A DNA stretch of 22,220 nt, from assembly GCA_016840095.1 (NCBI GenBank), contig JAEOSZ010000043.1, forward strand, positions 1-22,220, written 5' to 3'. Under the pieces are notes generated by a model. The model worked only from the letters and a program-made list of their open reading frames with translations. It was not told the origin of the DNA and ran no database searches. Both the position numbers and the translations under genes were made by a program. The stretch comes from Candidatus Heimdallarchaeota archaeon. Its GTDB lineage: Archaea > Asgardarchaeota > Heimdallarchaeia > Heimdallarchaeales > Heimdallarchaeaceae. Of the stretch, positions 9,152 to 18,179 are shown piece after piece; position 1 is the first letter of the stretch, and each line of letters opens with the position of its first letter.

Positions 9152-9753
9152 CACAGATTCTTTATTGATTTAATACCTAGATCAAAAGCTTTGAGATTCT
9201 GTTCTATATATTTAGTTGGAACTCTTTCTTTAAGTGCACTTCTTAACTCATCTGCTGATAATGGAAAATTTTCAACTTGAGATAATGCACCTAGGAGTAC
9301 GATATTCTGAGTAAGAGCTAAACCAGCTTTAACAGCTAATTCTTCTGCTTCTATCATCATTAATTTCACATCAAATTTAGAAATGTTTTCTTCTATTTTC
9401 TCCTTAGCATTATCAGCTGCTTTTTTATCCTTTTTCCATGTTATAGGGAATAAGACTGTATTTGATGTAATAGCTGTTCCTCCAGGTTTTAAGAACTTCA
9501 TATATCTAAGAGTTTCATTTTGTTCTAAACCAACTAAAACTTCACATGTTCCTATAGGATTAGTAGGGGAATGAAGTTTATCTCCTATTTTTAGGTTAGT
9601 TACTACAGATCCTCCTTTTTGTGCCATTCCATGAACTTCTGATCCAAGAACATGCAAACCTTTCTTCTGAGCTGCAATTACTATAACATCAGTAATTGTA
9701 AGGATACCTTGCCCTCCTACACCACAGACGATCATTTGATATGCTTTACTCAT
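9151..9753 (-). CDS. iorB: Indolepyruvate:ferredoxin oxidoreductase beta subunit
   Basis: GVGGQG, SEVHGMAQKGGSV, NIVLLGAL and NLKAFDLG; overlaps the iorA stop. Confidence 0.95.
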   Translation of the reverse strand: MSKAYQMIVCGVGGQGILTITDVIVIAAQKKGLHVLGSEVHGMAQKGGSVVTNLKIGDKLHSPTNPIGTCEVLVGLEQNETLRYMKFLKPGGTAITSNTVLFPITWKKDKKAADNAKEKIEENISKFDVKLMMIEAEELAVKAGLALTQNIVLLGALSQVENFPLSADELRSALKERVPTKYIEQNLKAFDLGIKSIKNL

Positions 9754-11608
9754 TTTTATCCCCCGCTTTTGATATTGCCTTCACAGGGCAAATTTGAGAA
9801 CAAACACTACATCCCGTACACATCGAAGGATCAATTACTGAGTAATTCTTTCCTTTTGAATTACTATCTAGACTCCAAGAAATAGCAGGACACTGATACT
9901 GAACAATGCATGTACCACAGGCGATGCAAACCTCAGGATCAATTTCATAGACCTCTATTTTTTGACCACTTCTTCTTTGTTGTCTCCACCACTCATTTGC
10001 ACAAATTTTTCGCATTATTATTACTGTTGGTCCTTCATGCTTAACTGCATCTTCGAAAACTTTCTTACCCTTCTCGAAATCATATGGATCGAATACTTCA
10101 ACATATTCTACTCCTAGAGATTTTGCAACATCAGCTATGTCTATTTCTTCAGTTGGATTAGGTTGAAAACCTGTCATAGCTGTCATTCGATTATCAAGCA
10201 CCAACACGTTGATGTTAGCTTTGTGGTAAACAGCATTCGCAAGAGCTGTTTGACCTGTATGGAAAAATGTACTGTCTCCAATATAAGCAAAAATTGGTTT
10301 ATCTTTAATCACTCTAGAAAATCCATTTGCCATACTTATTCCTCCACCCATACACAAGATTGTATCTGTTACCCAAGGATCAAGAGAATAACAGCCAATA
10401 TCTGAAGCAAAAATTCCCTTGTTCTTTCTAACTACTTTAGATAATTCCCAAAAAGCAGCTCTATGTTGGCAACCTGGGCAGAATAATGGTGGTCTGAAGG
10501 GTATAAAATCAGTTATCTCTCCTTCTGCTTCTTGAATTTCTGCTACTGAACTCAGATCTCCTCCAATAATATTTCTTAATGCTTCCGCAACCATTCTTGA
10601 ATTCAGTTCATGATATTTTTTGGTGATTCCTGAACATTTACCATGAATTTTTGGGTATAATCCATTTTGAAGCAGAAGAGCTGAGATTCTATCTTCAAGG
10701 TAAGGATCTACTTCTTCAATGAAGATGATATTCTTCTTTTCTTTGGCAAAATTGATTATTGTAGTTTCGTCAAGTGGTGCTACCATTCCTAGTTTAAGAA
10801 TTGGTACTTCTTTGTCTAAAATCTCCAGAGCATCCTTGACATAAGCATAAGAAATTCCACTTGTAATAATTCCATACTCTTTATTATCTGTACCTTCAAT
10901 AACTGACAAACCACTTTCATGAATCCAATCTTTAATTGCATCCATCTTAGCTACAAGTTTTGGATGATTTGCTCTTGCTAGAGCTGGCAAGCATTTGTAT
11001 CTGTTACTTTTCTCAAAGTCACCTTCTCTATAACTAGTCTCATATGTATTAAACTGCACATCAGACCTAGCATGTGAGATTCTAGTAGTTGACCTAACTA
11101 CGATTATTGCTTCAAATTTTTCACTTATTTCAAAAGCTTTCTTTGTGAATTCTTTCGCTTCTTGTGGATTTGAAGGTTCTAAAACTGGGACCTGAGCAGA
11201 TACACCTAACCATCTTGAATCTTGTTCATTCTGACTACTAAAACAGTGTGGATCATCAGCTACTAGTAGAACAAACCCTCCTTTAGTACCCATATAAGCA
11301 GCACTATATAGAGCATCAGCTAAAACGTTGATTCCAACATGTTTGCATGCTGTCATTGATCTAACACCACTGATGGAGGCAGCATATGCTGTTTCAAAAG
11401 CTACTTTTTCATTAGTACTCCATTCTGCATAAAAATCTAATTTTTTGGATGCAGAAATTAAGGCTGTGCTTATTTCACTACTAGGAGTACCTGGGTAAGC
11501 AGCATATAGTTGAACACCAGCTTCAATTGCACCTCTAGCTATAGCTTCATTTCCAAGACATAAAACTCTATTTTCTTCATTAGCAATGAGCTCTTCTAAC
11601 CTAGCCAT
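9746..11608 (-). CDS. iorA: Indolepyruvate:ferredoxin oxidoreductase alpha subunit
   Basis: LGNEAIARGA, YPGTPSSEI, NEKVAFE, SSQNEQDSR, RPPLFCPGC, DIGCY, TPP motif GDSTFFH...N, and C-terminal ferredoxin motifs CIACGTC...CP and CTGCSVCSQICP. Confidence 0.97.
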   Translation of the reverse strand: MARLEELIANEENRVLCLGNEAIARGAIEAGVQLYAAYPGTPSSEISTALISASKKLDFYAEWSTNEKVAFETAYAASISGVRSMTACKHVGINVLADALYSAAYMGTKGGFVLLVADDPHCFSSQNEQDSRWLGVSAQVPVLEPSNPQEAKEFTKKAFEISEKFEAIIVVRSTTRISHARSDVQFNTYETSYREGDFEKSNRYKCLPALARANHPKLVAKMDAIKDWIHESGLSVIEGTDNKEYGIITSGISYAYVKDALEILDKEVPILKLGMVAPLDETTIINFAKEKKNIIFIEEVDPYLEDRISALLLQNGLYPKIHGKCSGITKKYHELNSRMVAEALRNIIGGDLSSVAEIQEAEGEITDFIPFRPPLFCPGCQHRAAFWELSKVVRKNKGIFASDIGCYSLDPWVTDTILCMGGGISMANGFSRVIKDKPIFAYIGDSTFFHTGQTALANAVYHKANINVLVLDNRMTAMTGFQPNPTEEIDIADVAKSLGVEYVEVFDPYDFEKGKKVFEDAVKHEGPTVIIMRKICANEWWRQQRRSGQKIEVYEIDPEVCIACGTCIVQYQCPAISWSLDSNSKGKNYSVIDPSMCTGCSVCSQICPVKAISKAGDKNE

Positions 11609-11635
11609 ATATATTCAAAAAAAGGGGAAAATCGG

Positions 11636-11652
11636 ACTATAAAAAGGATTGT
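11636..11652 (-). promoter_or_regulatory. Putative archaeal TATA box for iorAB
   Basis: Minus strand reads AATCCTTTTTATAG, with the TATA element (11645-11638) about 30 nt upstream of the iorA ATG. No obvious RBS, consistent with a short or absent leader. Confidence 0.5.
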
Positions 11653-11671
11653 GAAATGAGTATACCACTGG

Positions 11672-13600
11672 TTATTCGACAATGTTACTTGTTAGTTGAG
11701 TTTGATATAAATCATAGTATTTACCTTTCTTCTGCATCAACTCTTCATGAACTCCTATTTCAACAATCTCTCCATCATCAATAACAACTATCTGTGATGC
11801 TGTCTTAATTGTTGATAATCTGTGAGCAATAATTATGGAAGTTCTATCCCGCAGAATGAAATGTATTCCTTTCTGAATAAGTGATTCAGTAATAGGATCC
11901 ACAGAGCTACTACACTCATCTAGAATGAGAATGCTAGGGTTAGCAATTACAGCTCTTGCTAAAGAAATCAATTGTCTTTGTCCTAGAGATAACCTTGACC
12001 CTCCTTCTTTAACATCAGTATCATATCCTTCAGGTAGTTTTAGGATGTAATCATGAAGACCAAGAATTAGACATACATCAAAAACATCATCATCTGATGC
12101 TTCCTTTCTTCCATACTTTAGATTATCCATTATAGAACCACTGAAGAGATAAACATCTTGAGGAACTACAGCTATATTTTTCCTGAGAGTTTCTAAATCA
12201 ATTTCTTTAATATCAATTCCATCAACTCTCAATTGTCCTCCTGTTACATCATAATAACGTGATAATAATTTAGTAATTGTAGTTTTTCCAGCCCCCGTTT
12301 GACCAACAAGAGCTATACTCTTTCCAGGACTAATAGCTAAATTGATATCCTTTAGAATTGGTACCTCTGGTTGATATCTAAAGTCAACAGAATCAAGAAT
12401 GATTTGTCCTTTGATTTTCTCAGGAAATACTGGATTTTTTGCATTCTTAACTGAAGGTTCTTCATCTAGAATCTCAAATATTCTTTCTGCACTTGCAAAC
12501 CCTGATTGAATAACAGTATAGAAAGTAAATAGACTTATCACTGGCATGAAAAATCTATTAGAATACTCCAAAAATGCATAGAGTTTACCATATGTGAGAG
12601 TTCCTAGTGATATAACAGAATAACCTCCAAAGATAATCACAATAGTACTCCCCAAAGCTGCTATAAGTTGAATTATAGGCATAAACAGGGAAGATACTCC
12701 AGCTGCTTGAACATTAGCAGAGTAATTTTCTTTGTTTAAATCCTTGAAATTTTTGATATTCTTGTCTTCTCTTGAAAGCGCTTTTGTAACTTTAACTCCC
12801 GAAATAGTTTCCTGTAGATTTGCAGTTACTTGTGCTATAGCAACTCTTGTTCTTCTGTAAGCTGATCTTACACGTTTCTGGAAAAAGAAGGCAATCAGAA
12901 TCAGAATTGGAATAACTGTAAATGTTAACAAAGTCATCTTAATGTCTAAGATAAACATTAAAGCAAGTATCCAAACAAGACTAATGAAGTCCGCAAAGAT
13001 ATCTATAATACCCGTTGTTAATAATTCACCAAGAGAATCTACATCATTCGTCAGTTTTGAAATCGTTCTTCCAGATTCTGTTTCAGTGAAATAGTCGAAA
13101 GAGAGATACTGAAGTTTTGAAAACAAATCATTTCTGATGCGATAAATCATTCTTTGACCCAATTTTGCAAAGAAGATTGTTCTAACTAAAATTAAAATGA
13201 AGTTGATAATTATAAACAGTAAATACATAGCTCCCATGATAATCAGAGAGTTGGAAATCTCACTTGCTGAAGGGGGAATTAGAACGGTAAAACTTTTGCT
13301 TAAAATTCCAATATTTGATGAACTATAATTAGAAACAAATGTTCTTCTGAAGCCTGTAATGATATAATCAATTGGATTATCTGAAGAATAAGGTTTTATG
13401 AAGAAATCTATTATTTGTTGCATAAGAATAGGTATGGTTGTTGTGAAAAGTGAAAATAGGATTACTATGGCAAGAACAGAGAATGCTTCTTTTTTATAAT
13501 AACCAAAAATACTAAGTATTTTCTTGAATAATATCCAATCAGAATATTTCTTCTCTCTTTGTTCTTCTTCCCTAGCCATATAACGCATTATATGTCCCAT
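11672..13600 (-). CDS. ABC exporter, fused TMD-NBD, TM288/YheH-like subunit of a heterodimer
   Basis: Six-TM exporter domain; Walker A GQTGAGKT, degenerate signature LSLGQRQL, canonical Walker B LILDE and H-loop IAHR; start overlaps the partner's stop. Confidence 0.95.
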   Translation of the reverse strand: MGHIMRYMAREEEQREKKYSDWILFKKILSIFGYYKKEAFSVLAIVILFSLFTTTIPILMQQIIDFFIKPYSSDNPIDYIITGFRRTFVSNYSSSNIGILSKSFTVLIPPSASEISNSLIIMGAMYLLFIIINFILILVRTIFFAKLGQRMIYRIRNDLFSKLQYLSFDYFTETESGRTISKLTNDVDSLGELLTTGIIDIFADFISLVWILALMFILDIKMTLLTFTVIPILILIAFFFQKRVRSAYRRTRVAIAQVTANLQETISGVKVTKALSREDKNIKNFKDLNKENYSANVQAAGVSSLFMPIIQLIAALGSTIVIIFGGYSVISLGTLTYGKLYAFLEYSNRFFMPVISLFTFYTVIQSGFASAERIFEILDEEPSVKNAKNPVFPEKIKGQIILDSVDFRYQPEVPILKDINLAISPGKSIALVGQTGAGKTTITKLLSRYYDVTGGQLRVDGIDIKEIDLETLRKNIAVVPQDVYLFSGSIMDNLKYGRKEASDDDVFDVCLILGLHDYILKLPEGYDTDVKEGGSRLSLGQRQLISLARAVIANPSILILDECSSSVDPITESLIQKGIHFILRDRTSIIIAHRLSTIKTASQIVVIDDGEIVEIGVHEELMQKKGKYYDLYQTQLTSNIVE

Positions 13601-15417
13601 TACTCATAGCCTCCTTGATTTGAGTCATTTTCATCAATATCTGTCCCATAGCTTTCTGCAAGTGTTTGGTAAATCTCTTGGTATAGTCCATGAGCCTCAA
13701 TCAATTCATTGTGGCTTCCATCTTGTATAATTCGTCCTTCTTCAAAAACTAGTACTCTATCAGCATAATGGACGGAAGAAATTCTTTGTGATATTATTAG
13801 TGTTGTTCTACCCGCACTTAGAATATTCAGGGCTTCTTGTATTTGAGCTTCAGTCTCAGCATCTACAGACGCTGTAGAGTCATCAAAAATAAGAATAGAA
13901 GGATCAGTAAGAAGCGTTCTTGCTATCGATAGTCTCTGTTTTTGTCCCCCACTTAAAGTGATACCTCGATCACCAACTTTGGTTCCATATCCATCTGGTA
14001 AGCTAGTAATAAAATCATGCATCCTTGCTATTTTGCAGACTTCTTGAATTTCATCATCTTCAGCATCAGGTTTTCCAAAAGCAATATTTTCCTTGATTGT
14101 AGCATTGAAGAGATATGTCTCCTGAAGAACTAGACCAATCTGTTGTCTCATCTTTTTCAATTTGTATCGCTTAACATTTTTATCATCTATTAACACTTCA
14201 CCTTCAGTAGGATCATAGAATCTTGATAAGAGGTTTACAAAACTACTCTTTCCACTTCCAGTACCACCTAGAATTACAACTTTTTGTCCCGCTGGAATGT
14301 TAACTTGAATTTTGTTTAAAATCAATCTTCCCTCCTCATATTCAAAACTTACATCTTTATAGGATATATTTCCTAAGAATTTTGGTGGTTCAATTGCATT
14401 TGGATCTTCTTGAACTTCTCTTTTTGCTTCGATTAATTCTATTATTCTGTCCCCACTAGCTAAAGATCTTTGAAGTATTCCAACCAGCCATGTTAACTGT
14501 CTTGTAGGTCCAGGCAGAAGAGCTAGATAAGAGAGAAAAGCTATAAAATCTCCTAGCAAAAGTTGTTGTTTTGTAACAGCAATTCCACCAACTACTATGA
14601 CTAGAGTTGATCCTATACCTATGAGTAAAGTCATAGTTGAAAAATAAACTGCACGATAAACCTGTGTTTTGATTCTTAAATCTCTATAAACAGTATTTGA
14701 ACTGTCAAATTTCTTGATTTCATCTTCTTCTTGAGCAAAACCTCTCACAACATGAGCACCAGTAACATTCTCTTGTAAAATTGATGTAACGTCTCCAAAC
14801 TGTCTTCTAGCTTTGTAAAAAAGAGGTCGAACTTTTGCACTGAACCAATACACTAACCATATAAAACCTGGAAACAATGCCACTAGAATCAGTCCTAGCT
14901 TCCAGCTCATTACTAACATTGCTACATAAGCTCCAATGAAGAAAACTAAACCATTCATAATTAATCTTAAAGTGAAACTAATAAGACTTTGAATTGCATT
15001 TAAGTCAGTTGTAACCCTTGTCATTATTTGTCCAGTATTCTCGTCATCATAGAATTCCAGACTAATTTTTTGGAGAATTTCATAAATGTCATTTCTAAGC
15101 TCAAAGACAGCTTGTTGAGCATATTTAGCTGAATAGAATCTTGAATAATAAGTCATAAATCCTCCAAAGATTGCAACTCCGAAAATACTTAGACCAAATA
15201 TCCAAACAAGATTCATTTTCTCATTTGGAATTGCATTGTTTATTACTTCTCTAACAAGTAATGGGGAAACTAAACCAACGATAGAAGCAAAAAATGAAAC
15301 AATAATAATAAAAATTAGAAATCCTTTTCTTCTTGTTACATAGGGCCAGATAACCTTAAGAATCTCTTTTGCAGAATGAGTTCTCTCTCGATTTTCTAGC
15401 CATGACATCTGGTTCAA
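13600..15417 (-). CDS. ABC exporter, fused TMD-NBD, TM287/YheI-like subunit of a heterodimer
   Basis: Walker A GGTGSGKS, signature LSGGQKQR, degenerate Walker B LIFDD and switch ISQR. Start is TTG at 15417 or ATG at 15408. Confidence 0.95.
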   Translation of the reverse strand: MNQMSWLENRERTHSAKEILKVIWPYVTRRKGFLIFIIIVSFFASIVGLVSPLLVREVINNAIPNEKMNLVWIFGLSIFGVAIFGGFMTYYSRFYSAKYAQQAVFELRNDIYEILQKISLEFYDDENTGQIMTRVTTDLNAIQSLISFTLRLIMNGLVFFIGAYVAMLVMSWKLGLILVALFPGFIWLVYWFSAKVRPLFYKARRQFGDVTSILQENVTGAHVVRGFAQEEDEIKKFDSSNTVYRDLRIKTQVYRAVYFSTMTLLIGIGSTLVIVVGGIAVTKQQLLLGDFIAFLSYLALLPGPTRQLTWLVGILQRSLASGDRIIELIEAKREVQEDPNAIEPPKFLGNISYKDVSFEYEEGRLILNKIQVNIPAGQKVVILGGTGSGKSSFVNLLSRFYDPTEGEVLIDDKNVKRYKLKKMRQQIGLVLQETYLFNATIKENIAFGKPDAEDDEIQEVCKIARMHDFITSLPDGYGTKVGDRGITLSGGQKQRLSIARTLLTDPSILIFDDSTASVDAETEAQIQEALNILSAGRTTLIISQRISSVHYADRVLVFEEGRIIQDGSHNELIEAHGLYQEIYQTLAESYGTDIDENDSNQGGYE

Positions 15418-15481
15418 GTTTTTTTATAAACGATTTAAGACTTATGTTATACCATGAAATTTTGATTGAATTAACTTGGGA

Positions 15482-15498
15482 TAAAAACAGTTATAAAT
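15482..15498 (+). promoter_or_regulatory. Putative BRE/TATA promoter for the surface-protein pair
   Basis: AAAAACAG-TTATAAA, with TATA at 15491-15497, upstream of a GGTGGA RBS (15532-15537) and the GTG start at 15544. Confidence 0.45.
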
Positions 15499-15543
15499 GT
15501 CATTTGAACTCTTCTTATAGAATGTATTTCTGGTGGAAATAGA

Positions 15544-16404
15544 GTGAAAAAGAACAAACTAATCAGTTTAACATTAATCCTTGCATTTTTAGCAGTTCCA
15601 TTCGCAATTCATCAATCTAGTCCTGTGACAGGAGTTTTTGAATTTACAAATGTATGGGATTACCAAGGAATTCTCAACAGGCAAAATCACCGTATTAGAT
15701 ACATACCTCCCTTTGGTCTCGATAATTATCGTAGAAGGACATTTATCTTCTGTTTAGATTCAGTAGATGACGAAGTAAAAGAAATAAATATAATGGTAGC
15801 TATGCATGGAATAAATGCATTACGTAATGCTCCTCTCTATTCATTGTTCTTTGAAGAGTCAAGTCTTGGAGGAAAATATGGTTTCAATGTAAGTGCTGAA
15901 GCAGGAATGAGTTGGTACGATGTATATTGGTATTCAGATATAATAAACGCTAGTACAGTTTCTTATGATCCTGCAATAGCAGATATTTATGATGTTGTTG
16001 TAAGTTCTACCCAGTATACATTACCAGAATTGTACGATCCTTCAGATCATCTAATCTTCCCAGTTCATATAGCCAATTTTGTTTCACAAACTGGAGTAGT
16101 TGGTCATTGGCAGCAAATCAATAAAGATCAAACTGTTATAAATGGAAATTTCACTACTTTTGGACCCGACAATCCTATCTTTACTGGTCCAGTTAATGCA
16201 ACTGATCCTACAAATTATGCGTACCCTGAAGAAGATTGGTGGCCACAATTTAACATAACTGTTGCACAAAATGTTCAGAGAACTTCATTGCCTCGAACTC
16301 ACAGTTTTCAAGTTGATTTTCCATTCACTGCATTAATAGCTTCTTTTGCACTAGCTATAATGATATTTACCTCTGCTCGAAGAAATAGGAGGAAATTAAT
16401 ATGA
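15544..16404 (+). CDS. Secreted, C-terminally membrane-anchored putative surface glycoprotein (paralog 1)
   Basis: Signal peptide MKKNKLISLTLILAFLAVPFA; five N-x-S/T sequons; C-terminal FPF + hydrophobic helix + RRNRRK tail. Confidence 0.85.
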   Translation: MKKNKLISLTLILAFLAVPFAIHQSSPVTGVFEFTNVWDYQGILNRQNHRIRYIPPFGLDNYRRRTFIFCLDSVDDEVKEINIMVAMHGINALRNAPLYSLFFEESSLGGKYGFNVSAEAGMSWYDVYWYSDIINASTVSYDPAIADIYDVVVSSTQYTLPELYDPSDHLIFPVHIANFVSQTGVVGHWQQINKDQTVINGNFTTFGPDNPIFTGPVNATDPTNYAYPEEDWWPQFNITVAQNVQRTSLPRTHSFQVDFPFTALIASFALAIMIFTSARRNRRKLI

Positions 16405-17165
16405 AAAAGATATCTCTCGCTATATTAACATTAATGGTAACATCACTATTTGTTATTTCATATAATCTTTCAATAGGTGTTTCAGCTCAAGAAGATGAAG
16501 AAGTATGGGATTTCACTGGTACAATGCGAATTAGTAGTGATCAAGTTAGACGTCTGGTTTATGATCCTGTTGCAGATGGATATAATGAATCATATGGAGA
16601 TTATGACACACCAGCACTATATATGGATATCATGGGATTTGATACAGATGATGATTTAGAAATGGATGTCTATTACGGATTCTATGGTGTTAATCTCTTC
16701 GATTTAGATCATCTCAATTATACAACTATGAATAATTTATTCAGAGTTGTTGTATTTTCTCAATGGAGTTTAAGAATTCCTGAAAGCTCTCCATTAAAAT
16801 GGGAAGTTCTCTATTATCCTGATCCATTTTATGATGATTTAGCTATCAATCTAATTCATGACATACCAATCTATTATGTAAATCTAACAAAAGCTGAAGG
16901 GGTTAATCTTCAGTTCAAATATCAGTTAGGATTAAATTATACAATTGGAAACTTTACAACTTTTGGTGCATCCAATCCAATAGTACCAGATGAGCCAACT
17001 TTTCCGGATTACAATGTTTCAGTTCCAGTGTTTACTGACAACCAACCAATTCCTGAACTTGTAGCAACACCATTCTTCTCTGATCCACTAGCTTACTTAA
17101 CAATTATAACTTTAAGTTTCCTCTTTGGTATATACGTGAAGAAACGAAGAAAGGGAACGAGATAG
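16401..17165 (+). CDS. Secreted, C-terminally membrane-anchored putative surface glycoprotein (paralog 2)
   Basis: Signal peptide ending near VSA-Q; six sequons in the mature part; C-terminal TPFF + hydrophobic helix + KKRRK tail; ATGA overlap with the upstream gene and a GGAGG RBS. Confidence 0.85.
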   Translation: MKKISLAILTLMVTSLFVISYNLSIGVSAQEDEEVWDFTGTMRISSDQVRRLVYDPVADGYNESYGDYDTPALYMDIMGFDTDDDLEMDVYYGFYGVNLFDLDHLNYTTMNNLFRVVVFSQWSLRIPESSPLKWEVLYYPDPFYDDLAINLIHDIPIYYVNLTKAEGVNLQFKYQLGLNYTIGNFTTFGASNPIVPDEPTFPDYNVSVPVFTDNQPIPELVATPFFSDPLAYLTIITLSFLFGIYVKKRRKGTR

Positions 17166-17186
17166 AACACTCTATTTTTGATTCCC

Positions 17187-17211
17187 AAACCTTTTTATCT
17201 TTCTTTTTATT
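17187..17211 (+). promoter_or_regulatory. T-rich intergenic element: candidate TATA box for the nuo-like cluster and/or terminator for the surface-protein pair
   Basis: AAACCTTTTTATCT about 30 nt before ATG 17230, sharing the CCTTTTTAT core seen upstream of iorA; further T-runs are adjacent. Confidence 0.4.
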
Positions 17212-17229
17212 ACATCTAAATGTATTGAG

Positions 17230-17910
17230 ATGATTGAATTATCTTACTTAACTTCTATACTGTTAATCTCAATTTTTAGTTTAATTATTGCTATTTTAAT
17301 TGTTATTCCAAATTTCATCAAGATTAAGCAATACTTCTGGTTAAGTACAAAAATTACTCTTGTTTTAGTATTTGCAATTTTAGTTATTTTGTTTGTAAAA
17401 GTAAAAACTGATGCTTATTATTTTCTGGGAAGTTTCATAGGTGTTGGTCTAATTATTAAAGGAATACTAATTTCAAATCGTATGAGTTTTGTTGCTTTTC
17501 TAGCAAGCTTCATTTCATTTTCTTTTGTGTTCCTTTCTATAGGACATATCATCTTTTTCGTTTTTAGTTTGTGTTTTTCATATCTATTTATTATAGGAAT
17601 AACTGTATTCAGTTTGTATGATTCGAAAACTGATAAAGGTTTCAAGGAGACAGGTAATAAATTCCAGACTATTAGCTTCGCTACTTTACTAGCTTTTCCT
17701 ATAATTACAGTTTATATTCTTTATCTCCTATCTGAAAACCAAGTAATCTGGGTAGAGAAAACATCATTCTTTTCACTCTTTTATAATAATTATGATGCAA
17801 TTACTTTCATTATTATTGGAACTATATTTTTACTTATTGTGACTATATTATTTGTTCTCGGATTTCGATCTCACGACAAAAGAGGAGTTGACGAACTATG
17901 GTATTCATGA
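17230..17910 (+). CDS. Polytopic membrane protein, divergent NuoJ/ND6-like with two extra N-terminal TM helices
   Basis: From about aa 62 it aligns by eye with NuoJ (VFLSIG vs VFFSLG; final LFYNNY + TM vs LFGPY + TM). It lies immediately before K-, L- and N-like genes. Confidence 0.55.
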   Translation: MIELSYLTSILLISIFSLIIAILIVIPNFIKIKQYFWLSTKITLVLVFAILVILFVKVKTDAYYFLGSFIGVGLIIKGILISNRMSFVAFLASFISFSFVFLSIGHIIFFVFSLCFSYLFIIGITVFSLYDSKTDKGFKETGNKFQTISFATLLAFPIITVYILYLLSENQVIWVEKTSFFSLFYNNYDAITFIIIGTIFLLIVTILFVLGFRSHDKRGVDELWYS

Positions 17911-18179
17911 GTTATTTGATAGCATTAAGTCTCATTTGTTTCTGTTTAGGTTTGTTACTCATAATGTTTGCAAAATCTAAACTTCAATTGTCCATGAGTT
18001 TTCTCTTTCTCTTTCTTTCAGGTATTCTTCTTGTTTCAGGTTCTATATTGACTTCTGATACTGTTATTTTCTTACTACTAGGATTAGTAGCAGCAACAAT
18101 CATTATGGTATTCCACTTCAGAGATCATTTACTATCAGAAGCTACAGTAAAAATTGTTAGGGAGGATGAAATTGAATAA
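17898..18179 (+). CDS. Small 3-TM protein, divergent NuoK/ND4L-like
   Basis: 93 aa with three hydrophobic segments; LSLICFCLGLLLI resembles NuoK LAAILFVLGLTGL; located between J-like and L-like genes; lacks both conserved Glu. Confidence 0.6.
   Translation: MVFMSYLIALSLICFCLGLLLIMFAKSKLQLSMSFLFLFLSGILLVSGSILTSDTVIFLLLGLVAATIIMVFHFRDHLLSEATVKIVREDEIE

Noticed and set aside
11672-15417. Degenerate Walker B (DD), switch (Q) and signature (LSLGQ) motifs as a sign of inactivation or novelty
   Set aside because: This is the well-known asymmetric one-degenerate-site arrangement of TM287/288-type heterodimeric exporters.
16288-16302. LPRTH resembling an LPXTG sortase motif
   Set aside because: Lacks the Gly, is not shared with the paralog, and the context is archaeal. 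The PF-TM-basic pattern explains both C-termini better.
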